From NCBI GenBank assembly GCA_040905565.1, contig JBBDRF010000009.1, positions 1-57,555 of the forward strand: 57,555 nucleotides of DNA, written 5' to 3'. Position 1 is the stretch's first letter. Every line of letters begins with the position of its first letter. This document shows, in pieces, positions 57,536-57,555 of this stretch. The translations under genes and the position numbers were made by a program. A model generated the notes under the pieces. It was not told the origin of the DNA, ran no database searches, and saw only the letters and a list, made by a program, of their open reading frames with translations. This DNA comes from Phycisphaeraceae bacterium. Its GTDB lineage: Bacteria; Planctomycetota; Phycisphaerae; Phycisphaerales; Zrk34.

Positions 57536-57555
57536 GAGTCGGTTGGTTGATGGCT

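Overview
The window holds a probable temperate, lambda-like (non-contractile tail) prophage flanked by accessory DNA. The host is GC-rich and may be a planctomycete; that assignment is inference from recalled gene families, not a search. Left end: an IS21-like terminus truncating vsr, then a minus-strand Mza-like defence operon (GHKL/MORC ATPase, Z1, PD-(D/E)XK, AIPR) divergent from an XRE-HTH plus ImmA/IrrE peptidase pair. Core: a phage sigma factor, a recombination/replication block (Cas4-like nuclease, Sak4-like ATPase, SSB-like, ERCC4, RecD2, P4-type primase-helicase, iteron origin), ParB-methylase, terminase, portal, protease-capsid and tail genes. Right end: a ~12.4 kb array of orphan Rhs toxin tips with exported partner genes, bracketed by a diverged direct repeat of the last tail gene's 3' end, then a large hypothetical gene and a truncated viperin-like ORF. 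The most notable observations are an initiator-type tRNA-Met ending 2 nt before the first head-gene ATG, a twice-occurring bipartite promoter that probably belongs to the phage sigma factor, a free-standing duplicate of the primase winged-helix across the origin, overlapping divergent promoters linking the defence operon to the repressor/peptidase pair, and the Rhs cassette array. No integrase or endolysin was recognised. All family calls come from reading motifs by eye.
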